A stretch of DNA of 55,299 bases, taken from assembly GCA_028826165.1 (NCBI GenBank), contig JAPDFW010000043.1, positions 1 through 55,299 on the forward strand, written 5' to 3'. The notes beneath the pieces are model-generated. The model saw only the letters and a list, made by a program, of their open reading frames with translations, was not told the DNA's origin and made no database searches. Below are positions 45,314-55,299 of the stretch, piece after piece. Position numbers and translations under genes: made by a program. Position 1 is the stretch's first letter, and every line of letters begins with the position of its first letter. Origin of the DNA: Anaeramoeba ignava BMAN (taxonomy: Eukaryota; Protista; Anaeramoebae).

Positions 45314-48300
45314 TTAGTCTTTATTCCTTTCTTCTTCAGATTCATTTTGTGAATCTTCTTTTTCTGATGTTAATTCTGGGATGTATTCTGAATCTGATGT
45401 GTAATCGTTATCATCTTCAGAGTCTGATTCAGAATCTGAATTATAAAGTGAATATCGTTTGGAATTAAGTTTTATCACTTTTCTTAGGTTCATTTTTATG
45501 TTCATTTTATAGTCTCTCTTGAATTTTTTTCTTGTTTTATCTTTTAGGAAGTTTCTTTGATTGTCTTTGTTTTTGTTTTTTATTTCTTTTTCAATTCTCC
45601 ATTCAGTTTTTCTCTCATCTTGATCTTCTTTATTATCATAGTCTTCATTTTCATCTTGATTATCAATTTTTGATTCACTATTATATTCTTTGTTGATTTC
45701 AGATTCATTTTCATTTTCATCCTCTTTATCATATTCACTTTCATATTCACTTTCATATTCAATTTCATTTTCACTTTCATATTCACTTTCATTTTCACTT
45801 TGATATTCAATTTGATTTTCAATTTCATTTTCAATTTCATTTTCATTTTCATTTTCAATTTCATTTTCATTTTCATCCTCTTTATCATTTTCACTTTCAT
45901 ATTCGCTTTGATATTCAATTTGATTTTCAATTTGATTTTCAATTTGATTTTCAATTTGATTTTCAATTTGATTTTCAATTTGATTTTCAATTTGATTTTC
46001 ACTTTGATATTCATTTTCATTTTCACTTTGATATTCATTTTCATCTTCTTTATCATATTCACTTTGATATTCATTTTCATCCTCTTTATCATATTCACTT
46101 TGATATTCACTTCCATATTCATTTTCATATTCAATTTGATTTTCACTTTGATTTTCAATTTGATTTTCAATTTCATTTTCACTTTCATATTCACTTTCAT
46201 ATTCAATTTCATTTTCACTTTCATATTCAATTTGATATTCACTTTGATATTCATTTTGATTTCCAATTTCATTTTCACTTTCATATTCACTTTCATATTC
46301 AATTTCATTTTCACTTTCATATTCAATTTGATATTCACTTTGATATTCATTTTGATTTTCAATTTGATTTTCAATTTCATATTCAATTTGATTTTCAATT
46401 TGATTTTCAATTTGATTTTCACTTTGATTTTCAATTTCATTTTCACTTTCATATTCAATTTGATTTTCAATTTCATCCTCTTTATCATTTTCAATTTCAT
46501 TTTCACTTTGATATTCATTTTGATTTTCATTTTGATTTTCAATTTCATATTCACTTTCATATTCACTTTCATATTCACTTTCATATTCGATTTGATTTTC
46601 AATTTCATTTTCAATTTGATTTTCAATTTGATTTTCAATTTGATTTTCACTTTGATTTTCAATTTCATTTTCAATTTGATTTTCAATTTTATTTTCAATT
46701 TGATATTCACTTTGATATTCACTTTGATTTTCAATTTCATTTTCAATTTGATATTCACTTTGATATTCACTTTCATATTCAATTTGATTTTCAATTTGAT
46801 TTTCAATTTCATCCTCTTTATCATATTCACTTTGATATTCACTTTGATATTCATTTTCATTTTCACTTTCATATTCTCTTTCATATTCAATTTCAAATTG
46901 ATTTTGGTTTTCATCTTCTTTTTCTTTTTCAGATTCACTATAGTATTCACTTTCATATTCAATTTCAAATTGATTTTGATTCTCATTTTTGTTTTGGCTT
47001 TCTTGTTCATTTTGATTTACATTCTCACCTTCTCTTGTAAATTGGGATCGGATTTGTAAGGCTTCTTTAATATATTTGAGTGTTTTTTCATAGATTCCTT
47101 TGATTCCAATTTTTCTCAGCAATGTATTGGTATCATTTATTGGTTGTATTTTTCCGATCCATTCCTCTCTTATCATTGTGTATTCTTCACAAGTCCATAA
47201 AAAGTGATTGAGATTTTCTTCTTCTTTTTGACAACATGGACATGTTTTGGAAGTATTTTTCATGTTGTGGCTGTATCGGTTTAATCCGTTTGTGAATGAT
47301 CTTAGTTTGAGGATTATTGAACTTTGTGAATATTCTAGGTAAGGTTTCATTTTGAGTAACTTAGGTTCTTCCTTTATTATTTCAAAGTATTCCTTGGTTT
47401 TCCAGCTTTTTGATTCTTTCATATCTTGTAATCTTTGGATTAGTAGATAATTTTGGATATATTTTAGATCATCTTTTTCCCAAATTTGATCTACTTTTTC
47501 TTGTAAATTGGAGTCAATTAGGCAGAATTCTTGAAGATATTCCCTATCTATATCTCTCAACTTTTTCCTTAGTTTCCATTTTCTGATATTTATCTGAGTC
47601 CTGGAGTCTGGTGTGTTTGTTTCATTTCTGTATATTCTTACAGGGGTATGACGGTTTATCCTTAAAATTTGAGTTATTTGTGAATTAATCAATGTATCAA
47701 TTTGGTGATATTCCTTTTGTTTAAGTATTAATGTTTCTGTTCCATAAAGTATTTGTGGAATAATTACTGTTTTATATATTTTCATTTTTAAGTGATTATT
47801 TATGAATGGGCTCATTATAATTTTCAATCTTGTGAAGTTATTTTTTGCTTTTTCTAAATTGTGTTGAATATGTTTTCGAGGATCTAGTATAATTCCAAGA
47901 TATTTAATTTTATATAGTTTCTTGCTTATGACTGTTTTATTTTGATTTGGTTTGAGTCCAAAGTTTTTTAGTATTTCATAAATTATTTTAATTTTTTCTA
48001 ATGTGATATTTTTTGGTTCTTCTATTAAAATTATGAGGTCATCAGCGTACATTTGGACATGTTTTACATATGGTTCAATTTCCTTGATAATGAAATGGCT
48101 CACCATTGCAAAAATTATTGGAGACAGAGGATCACCTTGGTAGATGCCACATGAGTTACCTTTGTAATACTTGATGAGAAATTTTTTCAAATGGATGTTG
48201 CTTATGAATTTTTTTATTACTTTCCTAATGATTCTGTGGTCTACCGTATCAAAACATTTTTCAATGTCAATTGAAACTATGAATGGATTGATTGATGTAT

Positions 48301-50896
48301 TGATATTTTTCTTAAGTTCCAACACCGATATCCTTGAGTCTAAGTTTTTTCTAAATCCCATTTGTTTTGAGTTGATTTTTTCCCAAATATGTTCAATTTC
48401 CTCAAGGATTCGTTTCAAGAAAAATCTAGCGGTTGAGTTATTAATTGAAATGGGTCTGTAGTTTTTGATTTCTTCAGGGTTTCCTTGTTTGTAGATAAAG
48501 ATCATCCTTCTTTCTTGTATATATTCTATTATCTCATCATTTGGGTTACTTATCCATTTTTTGAACATTCTATTGATCGATTTTAGGAATTCTTGGTATC
48601 TTGAGTCTGTTTCATTTATGTAGGGATTTTTATACATGTCAATCTTATCATAGTCGCAAATTGAGTTATTTTTACATGTTTTGATTATTTTGCTTAATCT
48701 CTCAAGTGGAAATAATAGATTCAATTCTCTTGTGTCTTCCAATATTTCAATATTGGAGGTTTTAATTTTCTCAATTGTGATTTGTGAGGGTAGGAGTCTA
48801 ATTGAATTGATCATTTGTTGGAAATCTTGTTCCATTTTGGGTGTACCTAACACTACTCTTGTTTTCTTTTGTGTGATTCTTTTTATCTCAGCCCAGTAGT
48901 TCAATTCATTTCGATTATCAATTTCAATTCCCTTCATTGTTTTCTTCCATTTTTTATTCAATAACTTTTTCCAATTAAATTCTTTTTCTTCAAGAAAATT
49001 GTGGAGTTGATAATCAAGTTCACTTTTTGTTTCAATATGGATTGTATTCTTTTTTCTGAAGGAATTCTTCATGTCTTTTATTATATTTGTAGACAAAACT
49101 AGTTTTGAAGATGGGAATGCTTCTTCTTCCATTTTTTTTATGATTTTATTTTGAAATTCCTCTTGGGTGGGTTGGTAATATTGTAGTTGAGTGGTAATTG
49201 GAGTTTTGAATGAGATTTTATTCAGGAGCATTTTGTGATCAGACAATTTCCTGACTGTTGTATCTATTATTTGGGAATTGTTTATTTCTAGTTCATTATT
49301 AACACAGAAATGATCAATATTTCTGGTTCTCGATATGGATTCATTGGGGATTATTTTGAAATTTTGGATTGTAATTTGTTTTTCTATTTCCTCTTGTGTT
49401 AAATTAAAATCCCCTCCGATGATGTATTTCTCTGTTTGTATATTTTGTATTATTGTTTGTAGTTTTTTGAGCATTCCTCTTTGTGTTTTTTGTCTTAGAT
49501 AACAATTAATGATATGGAGATCAGTAATTTTTATATGTAATATATCTTGATCTTCATGTTTGATTTCTTCAAAAAATTTTTTGAATTCTTTTCTTATTGC
49601 AATACATAACCCACCTTTAGATTTCTTTTCTCCATAAGCTTCCTTTTGGAAACTTTCGAATTTTGTAAAATATATTCTTTTCTTTAAGTGAGTTTCTTGA
49701 ATTAAGACTATTTCAATTTTTTGTGATAACAAGAGTTGTTCCAATTCTTGTGTTTTTCCTAGTTTGAGAAGTCCATTTATGTTTATAGAAGCAATGTTGG
49801 TTGAATATTCCTCAATTGGAGATCTCTTTTTTCCTTTCAGTTTCTCTAATAGATTCTCATCAGGGTCGAGTAATTTGATTTGGATACTAGAAGGAATTCT
49901 TTCAATATTCTGTTTACATTCATCAAATATAGTTTGAATCATTGCCTTTCTATCCCAAATTTCCATTTTATGTTCACCCTTTTGGATCATTCTCAAGACA
50001 TCCCAATTCTGAATAGCTGATCTCGTTTCAAAAATATTCAAATGAGGTTTCTTAATTACAATTTTATTTGAGTTTTTGATTTTGATGATTTTCTTTTGGC
50101 TAAGATCAGTATATTCTTTAGAGTTTTTGTATTTAATCGTTCTCTTTAGAGTGGAATCAATTTGCCATTCATTTTCTTGTAATTTTTGTTTTATCTGATT
50201 TTGGAATTCTTGAATATTTCTTTTTGGAAGAGTATTGTATTCTTTATATGTTTTCAAATAAGTGTAGTTGGTCGATTTAAGTAAGAATTCTCGGAGATCA
50301 GCTTCGATTATCTTGAATTTATGAAGGTGATTTATTTCTTTGAAAATTATTCCTTTGATTTCTTCAGTAACGTAGTTTAGCTTTTCTTTATTGGTAATGA
50401 GATCATTTTCTTTGTCTAGTTTCAAGATAATGGGAGTTTTGAGCCAATTTTCAGAATCGAGTGTCTTGTAATGAATTACCTCTTCTTGATCAAATTCTTC
50501 ATTATGCGTTAAATTAACGGTTTCTTTTTCTTCTCTTAAGTAGAAATTTTCATCTTCGTTCTCTTCTTCAATAAATTCAAGATTGTCTTCTTCAAAAGAT
50601 TCAAAAAATTCACTGAAGTCATCGGATTTAGGATTTGAGGTGTCTATATTTCCATTGATAAGTTTCTTAAAATGATTTGAAATTGAAATTGTAATCTTGG
50701 TTCCATTTCGGATCACTCTCCTTCTCTCTTTTGCAGCTTTTCGAGGTTCTTCAACAAGGAAGTGTCCTTGACTATTTCTTTCATATTGGGTCCAATATCC
50801 TTTTATTGGACCATAATTCTCAATTAATCTTAAAATGAGATTTAAAGAGATAAAGGGAGAATCTGCAAAAATGAACAGATTTCCCCAATTGACCAT
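45314..50896 (-). CDS. LINE polyprotein: RRM-like N-terminus, AP endonuclease, reverse transcriptase, CCHC zinc motif, long acidic repeat tail
   Basis: APE motifs SININGL, LIQETH, GGDFN, IDH, SDH. RT motifs YRPISI, QMGFR, DIEKCFD, QGDPLSP, YADD, KYLG. Zinc motif CPCC..E...HFLWTC. Confidence 0.95.
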   Translation of the reverse strand: MVNWGNLFIFADSPFISLNLILRLIENYGPIKGYWTQYERNSQGHFLVEEPRKAAKERRRVIRNGTKITISISNHFKKLINGNIDTSNPKSDDFSEFFESFEEDNLEFIEEENEDENFYLREEKETVNLTHNEEFDQEEVIHYKTLDSENWLKTPIILKLDKENDLITNKEKLNYVTEEIKGIIFKEINHLHKFKIIEADLREFLLKSTNYTYLKTYKEYNTLPKRNIQEFQNQIKQKLQENEWQIDSTLKRTIKYKNSKEYTDLSQKKIIKIKNSNKIVIKKPHLNIFETRSAIQNWDVLRMIQKGEHKMEIWDRKAMIQTIFDECKQNIERIPSSIQIKLLDPDENLLEKLKGKKRSPIEEYSTNIASININGLLKLGKTQELEQLLLSQKIEIVLIQETHLKKRIYFTKFESFQKEAYGEKKSKGGLCIAIRKEFKKFFEEIKHEDQDILHIKITDLHIINCYLRQKTQRGMLKKLQTIIQNIQTEKYIIGGDFNLTQEEIEKQITIQNFKIIPNESISRTRNIDHFCVNNELEINNSQIIDTTVRKLSDHKMLLNKISFKTPITTQLQYYQPTQEEFQNKIIKKMEEEAFPSSKLVLSTNIIKDMKNSFRKKNTIHIETKSELDYQLHNFLEEKEFNWKKLLNKKWKKTMKGIEIDNRNELNYWAEIKRITQKKTRVVLGTPKMEQDFQQMINSIRLLPSQITIEKIKTSNIEILEDTRELNLLFPLERLSKIIKTCKNNSICDYDKIDMYKNPYINETDSRYQEFLKSINRMFKKWISNPNDEIIEYIQERRMIFIYKQGNPEEIKNYRPISINNSTARFFLKRILEEIEHIWEKINSKQMGFRKNLDSRISVLELKKNINTSINPFIVSIDIEKCFDTVDHRIIRKVIKKFISNIHLKKFLIKYYKGNSCGIYQGDPLSPIIFAMVSHFIIKEIEPYVKHVQMYADDLIILIEEPKNITLEKIKIIYEILKNFGLKPNQNKTVISKKLYKIKYLGIILDPRKHIQHNLEKAKNNFTRLKIIMSPFINNHLKMKIYKTVIIPQILYGTETLILKQKEYHQIDTLINSQITQILRINRHTPVRIYRNETNTPDSRTQINIRKWKLRKKLRDIDREYLQEFCLIDSNLQEKVDQIWEKDDLKYIQNYLLIQRLQDMKESKSWKTKEYFEIIKEEPKLLKMKPYLEYSQSSIILKLRSFTNGLNRYSHNMKNTSKTCPCCQKEEENLNHFLWTCEEYTMIREEWIGKIQPINDTNTLLRKIGIKGIYEKTLKYIKEALQIRSQFTREGENVNQNEQESQNKNENQNQFEIEYESEYYSESEKEKEDENQNQFEIEYEREYESENENEYQSEYQSEYDKEDEIENQIENQIEYESEYQSEYQIENEIENQSEYQSEYQIENKIENQIENEIENQSENQIENQIENQIENEIENQIEYESEYESEYESEYEIENQNENQNEYQSENEIENDKEDEIENQIEYESENEIENQSENQIENQIENQIEYEIENQIENQNEYQSEYQIEYESENEIEYESEYESENEIGNQNEYQSEYQIEYESENEIEYESEYESENEIENQIENQSENQIEYENEYGSEYQSEYDKEDENEYQSEYDKEDENEYQSENENEYQSENQIENQIENQIENQIENQIENQIENQIEYQSEYESENDKEDENENEIENENENEIENEIENQIEYQSENESEYESENEIEYESEYESEYDKEDENENESEINKEYNSESKIDNQDENEDYDNKEDQDERKTEWRIEKEIKNKNKDNQRNFLKDKTRKKFKRDYKMNIKMNLRKVIKLNSKRYSLYNSDSESDSEDDNDYTSDSEYIPELTSEKEDSQNESEEERNKD
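45700..47010 (-). repeat. In-frame 12-nt minisatellite encoding ENQI/EYQS/EYES/ENEI tetrapeptides
   Basis: Units GAAAATCAAATT, GAATATCAAAGT, GAATATGAAAGT and GAAAATGAAATT on the minus strand. Confidence 0.9.
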
Positions 50897-51019
50897 TTTC
50901 CAAAAAATTTTTTGAAAAACGAAAGAAAAAAATTAAATTGAATTATTTATTATTCTTGATTTATTTTTTTTTAATTTTTTTTCATTTTTTTTCTTTCCAA
51001 AAAAATTTCAAAAAAGGAA

Positions 51020-52258
51020 ATGAATAAAACCAATGAAGAAAAAGAAATAAAAAAAGAATTTGAACCAATTAAACATTTAATAGCAGGGGGAGTGTCCCGA
51101 ATAGTAAGTGTAATATTAACAGCACCTTTTGACACAATGAAAACAAGAGTACAATTTCACGGAAGTCACTTAAAGTCACGGGGGTACATGAAAGGGATAT
51201 TAGCAAGCTTGGTGTCAACGGTTCCAAGTACTGCATTATCGTTTTTTCTATATCATTATGTGAAAACTCAAAATCAATACAAAAATTTTGACGAAGATAT
51301 TCTTCCCATTCACCATTCTCATTTCCATGGACTTTTTCTCCACGCTAAGAACTTCCTCATTAACTCAAGACCCTTCTTAGATGCCGCACTGGCAAGGATG
51401 ATTGTTTTGTCGATTAGAAACCCGATCGAAATTTCAAAACAAAGAATGCAACTTGAGCGAACTGCACTTATTCCTCACATGACGTTATTTCAAACACTGC
51501 TCTATTTGTACCGCCATTATGGCATTTCCGAACTCTTCACAGGATACTCTGCATATCTGCTGAGGGACATTATTTCCACCCCTATTTATTGGTTTACTTA
51601 TGATTATATCAGAAATTTTCCAAAAAGTGGATCAAATAAAAAATTGAATTCAAATTTGAAAAATCAAAAAGAAAAAATCCAAAAAATTCATCCGATAAAA
51701 CACATACTCTCCGTTTCTGCCGCAACAATCATGTCTACTACTTTGACTATTCCTGTTGATGTGATCAAAACCAAAATGCAGACTCGCCGTCTTGTAGAAA
51801 ATGGGGACAAGAAGTACTCAACTATCATGCAAACAGCTAAGACTGTTTATCAAGAAAACGGAGTGAAATACTTTATAAAGGGTCTTGGATCTCGTTTGTT
51901 TAGTGTTCTTCCTTCTTCGATTATTTCTCACTTTGTATATGAATGGATTTTGGAAATTTGGGATCATTATAAATTAATTTTATCTCAAAAAATGTCTTCT
52001 TTTTATCTTTCTTCAACTTTATCAAAAGGTTCTCGCATTTCTATTCTTTCTTCTCCTTATTATTATCAAGAAAATTCTAGTTTTAATCCTCTTGATTATT
52101 TTTCTGAACATTTTCATTCCAAAAAGAAAAATTCAAATTTAAATCCAAATTCAAATTCAAATCCAAAAAATATTCTTTCTTCTTTAATTCCTTTTAATTT
52201 AACTTCTTTTAAAAAATTTCCAATTACTTTGAATCAAAGATTTTTAAATAATTTTTAA
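51020..52258 (+). CDS. Mitochondrial carrier family (SLC25) protein with C-terminal extension
   Basis: Three Px[DE]xx[KR]x[KR] signatures: PFDTMKTR, PIEISKQR, PVDVIKTK. Confidence 0.9.
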   Translation: MNKTNEEKEIKKEFEPIKHLIAGGVSRIVSVILTAPFDTMKTRVQFHGSHLKSRGYMKGILASLVSTVPSTALSFFLYHYVKTQNQYKNFDEDILPIHHSHFHGLFLHAKNFLINSRPFLDAALARMIVLSIRNPIEISKQRMQLERTALIPHMTLFQTLLYLYRHYGISELFTGYSAYLLRDIISTPIYWFTYDYIRNFPKSGSNKKLNSNLKNQKEKIQKIHPIKHILSVSAATIMSTTLTIPVDVIKTKMQTRRLVENGDKKYSTIMQTAKTVYQENGVKYFIKGLGSRLFSVLPSSIISHFVYEWILEIWDHYKLILSQKMSSFYLSSTLSKGSRISILSSPYYYQENSSFNPLDYFSEHFHSKKKNSNLNPNSNSNPKNILSSLIPFNLTSFKKFPITLNQRFLNNF

Positions 52259-52360
52259 TTCTTTATTTTCCAAATTTCGAAAAAGAAAAAGAAAAAGATT
52301 TTTTTTTTTTTTTTTGGGAAATTTTTGATTGTTTTTGTTTTTGTTTTTGAAATAAAAGTT

Positions 52361-54407
52361 TTAATCAAAATTTGCACAACGATTTTGAAGTTCTTTAATC
52401 TCAAAACGATCAGCATAATCTCTAACTTTTTGGAACATCTTCTTTTTGTCATATTTGAATATAAAAAGAAATGCATTGATAACGCAAGTAGTTATTTGAC
52501 AATCCATAAAATTCAACAGCATCGAGAAGATCAAGAGCGATATCTGAGTTAAGATAAAGCATGACAGAGTCTGAATAGAGATAGTTGACAAAGGCTTTGA
52601 GGGGAAAAATATGAGCGACCGCTGAGATCTGGAGCTGAATTCTCGTCAGATTGAACGCATGCAAACATGCCTTGAAAAAGATCACATCGCGCTGCAAGGA
52701 TCGGTTTATGAACCTTGATTGATTGAGGCTTTTTCTGCGAATCTTTGTCTGAGTTCTGTGCGGGAATCAGCTCAAAATCAGGCTCGCAATCTGGCACTTT
52801 TTCCTTGCAGTAATTTCTTCAAATCCGTTTTAAATGAAGAATATTTAAATTTTGCCCTCTTTTTAAATTTTCCACATTTTGCCCCCTAATTGAAGTATTA
52901 ACTTTGAAACCTAATTTTTGCCAGTTCAATTACTTCATTTCTTTCGGATTGATCAAATAACGGAAGTGTGCCTGAATAGATAAAAATAAGAAGAGATTTT
53001 ATTGTATTTTCGTCGACTTGATAACAAGTTCTCAAAATTTATCAACGTTTCCAACTCTAGCCTTCAAAATGCAACTATGCGCTTTTATTTCGTTTTTGAC
53101 AACAACATCGCACAATTCCTGCCTTATAAACAAGTTCTTGAGATCACTAACAAGTGTGGACGAAACAGGAAGTTGCAGGCAAAAACATCATTTAACGGTT
53201 CTCCACTGATCCCAAGTCCAAAACATCCGACAACTTGGTTTTTGTCTTGGATAGCTCATCATCGAATGGAACATCCGCGGTTGAGGTGTTGATCCGCTTG
53301 CCTCCACTCGCTTCCATGTCTCGCTTTCGAAGTTGAAGATGAAAACCTCGCAAACATATTGATCATTATAGTTGGTTGTATCAAGTGTTCCGCCAAAGAG
53401 AATCAAGTCCTCATTCACAACGGCTGTTTGATGACCCTTTCCGCGCAGTTGGTGGTATTCCATAGAAATCCTTCTCTTCGGTCCACTTTTGATCTGGCAA
53501 ATGAAAGAACCAAAAATCGTTAAAACTTTTTTCACTTTCCGGTTCAAATCCTCCGAATATCGCGATTGAGTCTTTGTAAATAGAAGAAGAGCAAAAGTAT
53601 GCGTGGTTTTGGTCTTACTCTTGTCTCCAGAGATAAATCCTTGACAATATGCTCATCAAATTGTTATCGATCGGTTTCTGATTTGTGCTTTTTCTCGCTG
53701 TCATTGCCATCCTTTTCAAGTTCTTTTTCATCATCATTGTCTTCTTCTCTGCTGTCACTTTCGTCATCAATGTCATCTCTTTCATCATCTCTCTCATCAT
53801 CAATGTCATTATCATTACCAAACAAATTAGGAGTAAAGCCAGATCTAAAGTAGCTCTTTTCCAAAGTGACATTGGCAGAATTTGGAACGCCATGAATTGC
53901 TTTTTCGCTTTTATCAATATCTCCATATATCAACTCCCATTTGCATCTGTCCATATTGAAGCGGAAAACTTGGTCCATGAGTTTGTATTCGTGATTTCCC
54001 CAAAGCAAATAGGCCCAGTTATCATAGCCGATAAAGACATGTTGTGATCGAGATTCGGGCCAAATACCGTATTCTTGAGGAGAAATTTCTTGAATTTCAA
54101 ATGTTTTCAAATCAATAGAGAAAACGTTGCTCACTTTTCTGTTGTTGTTAGAAACTCCTCCGTAAATAAACAGCTTGCCGTTGTATTCAGCTGTGCCATG
54201 AAAAGACATTTTGGGAATTTTTGGTAAAACTCTTTTCCAACTGTTTTCATTTAAATTATATTTAACTATATCATTAAGAGGAATTTCATTGTTTTGAATT
54301 TGTAAACCGCCAAAGAAATATAAATCATCTTCTATTATAACTCCACTTTGTGCAAATCTTTTGATTGGAGGTGATTTACTTTTTGGAAGAATCCAATAAT
54401 AATCCAT
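52361..54407 (-). CDS. Kelch-repeat + BTB protein (LZTR1-like architecture), multiple frameshifts
   Basis: Kelch motifs YFFGG, FIYGG, ILFGG, PQPRMFH; BTB motifs IKVHKPILAARCDLFQGMF and FVNYLYSD, split over several ORFs. Confidence 0.78.
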
Positions 54408-54536
54408 TTTTTAATTTAAATTAATTAAAAAAAGGAGAAAAAAAAAATGAAAAAAAAAAAGGAGAAAATTTAATTAAAAAAATAATTTTTTTTTTCATTT
54501 TTTTATTTTTTTCATTTTTTTAAATTAAAAAATTAT

Positions 54537-54648
54537 ATCAGAAACAATGAAGAAAAAATGTAACAAATTCACGACGGTCATATGAGATTATTTAATTTAA
54601 TCTTTGATTATAACCGTTACTCAATATTTTTATAACTGAGTTTCTGAT
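54537..54648 (+). ncRNA. Box C/D snoRNA, SNORD35(U35)/snR73-like, guiding LSU rRNA 2'-O-methylation
   Basis: Terminal stem ATCAGAAAC/GTTTCTGAT; box C-like ATGAAGA 54547-54553; guide TCACGACGGTC 54569-54579 complementary to conserved LSU GACCGUCGUGA; D' ATGA 54582-54585; C' TTGATTA 54604-54610; box D CTGA 54636-54639. Confidence 0.88.
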
Positions 54649-54731
54649 TAAAAAAATTTAAATTAAAAAATTAAATTAAAAATTAAAATTAAAAATTTTT
54701 TTTTTCATTTTTTTTCATTTTTTTTTTAAAT

Positions 54732-55190
54732 ATGAATCAAAAAGAATTTTTTCCAGTTTTTTCTCATTTAATTTTAAATCCAAAAACAACAGTTATTTAT
54801 TTTCAAGGAGATATTCAAAATTTTCAAAATGAAATTGAACGAATTTATGAAGAATATTCACTTGAAAAAACAATGAAAATTTTAAAAGAGAAATTTCCTG
54901 ATTCAAATATTTTAATGCCAAAGTAGTCAATAAAAATAAATTAAGAAAAATAAATTCAAAACATAAATTAAATTACGAATTAAAAATTAAAATATTTAAA
55001 AGACCTAAACTTATTAAAAGGTTTTTGCTGATTATTCAAAATTTCTTCCTCAAAAATCAGAAACATCAAATTATTGCTTTTAATTTTCTTTATAATTCTT
55101 TATTATTTTATTGTAAATCTTTAAAGATTGATTTTCCTGAACAATTTATTATTATTGGTTTTTCAAGAGGTTCTGTTGTTCTTGAAAGGT
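54732..55190 (+). CDS. C2orf69/UPF0565-like alpha/beta-hydrolase-fold protein, 5' part (continues past window)
   Basis: VIYFQGDIQNF...YSLE...IL.EKFP and IIGFSRGSVVL match the C2orf69 pattern (YFPGDVQN, LIGFSKGCVVL). Intron at about 54923-55002; next donor at about 55189. Confidence 0.72.
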
Positions 55191-55299
55191 TGTTTTCGAT
55201 ATCTATTTTAATTTTATAAACGAATTTTAATATAAATCAAAATATTTAAAATATAAATATTTAAAATATAAATATTTAAAAATATAAATATTTAAAATA

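Larger units (their letters stand above)
45171..50932 (-). mobile_element. Full-length non-LTR retrotransposon (APE-type LINE), ~5.76 kb, with 19-bp target-site duplication
   Basis: TSD TTAAATTGAATTATTTATT at 45152-45170 and 50933-50951; AAATA-like 3' tail at 45171-45187; single long ORF. Confidence 0.92.

Noticed and set aside
45580-47059. Overlapping 476-aa (-) and 419-aa (+) ORFs
   Set aside because: Stop-free alternative frames of the 12-nt minisatellite inside the LINE ORF.
52361-54407. Programmed frameshifting or RNA editing explaining split ORFs (also in Raptor, RasGAP, ANK-RGS)
   Set aside because: Breaks cluster regionally, often at homopolymers, and hit essential genes with no shared motif. 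Consensus error is more parsimonious, though this cannot be confirmed without reads.
1310-55299. Alternative genetic code or inteins
   Set aside because: Conserved proteins end at TAA/TAG where expected and show no systematic in-frame stops. No Hint-like C...HN insertion was seen in the recognisable proteins.

Overview
Very AT-rich, gene-dense eukaryotic (protist) DNA with GT-AG introns, standard genetic code and many indel frameshifts that look like consensus errors. The RCC1-BTB and BTB-TLDc expansions, divergent actin and TCATTTT initiator-like motif suggest a metamonad such as Anaeramoeba (inference, not verified). In order: the 3' part of an ankyrin-repeat gene, an IQGAP-like RasGAP, a C1orf109-like gene, an ANK-RGS gene, two tandem S10 serine carboxypeptidases, Raptor, HMCES/SRAP, divergent actin, an RCC1-BTB paralog array interrupted by an FG-GAP/FN3 surface protein, GINS Psf1, mannose-6-phosphate isomerase, BTB-TLDc, a ~142-bp AT satellite with a full-length single-ORF LINE inserted in its last unit (19-bp TSD), a mitochondrial carrier, a Kelch-BTB gene, a SNORD35/snR73-like snoRNA and a C2orf69-like gene. 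The standout, invisible to the ORF track, is at 1-1121: each ankyrin repeat is a 96-nt exon followed by two separate single-codon (3-nt) microexons. These supply exactly the two variable beta-hairpin residues of the D-x-x-G-x-TPLH motif. A 4-nt microexon in both carboxypeptidase copies suggests ultra-short exons are a general feature of this genome.
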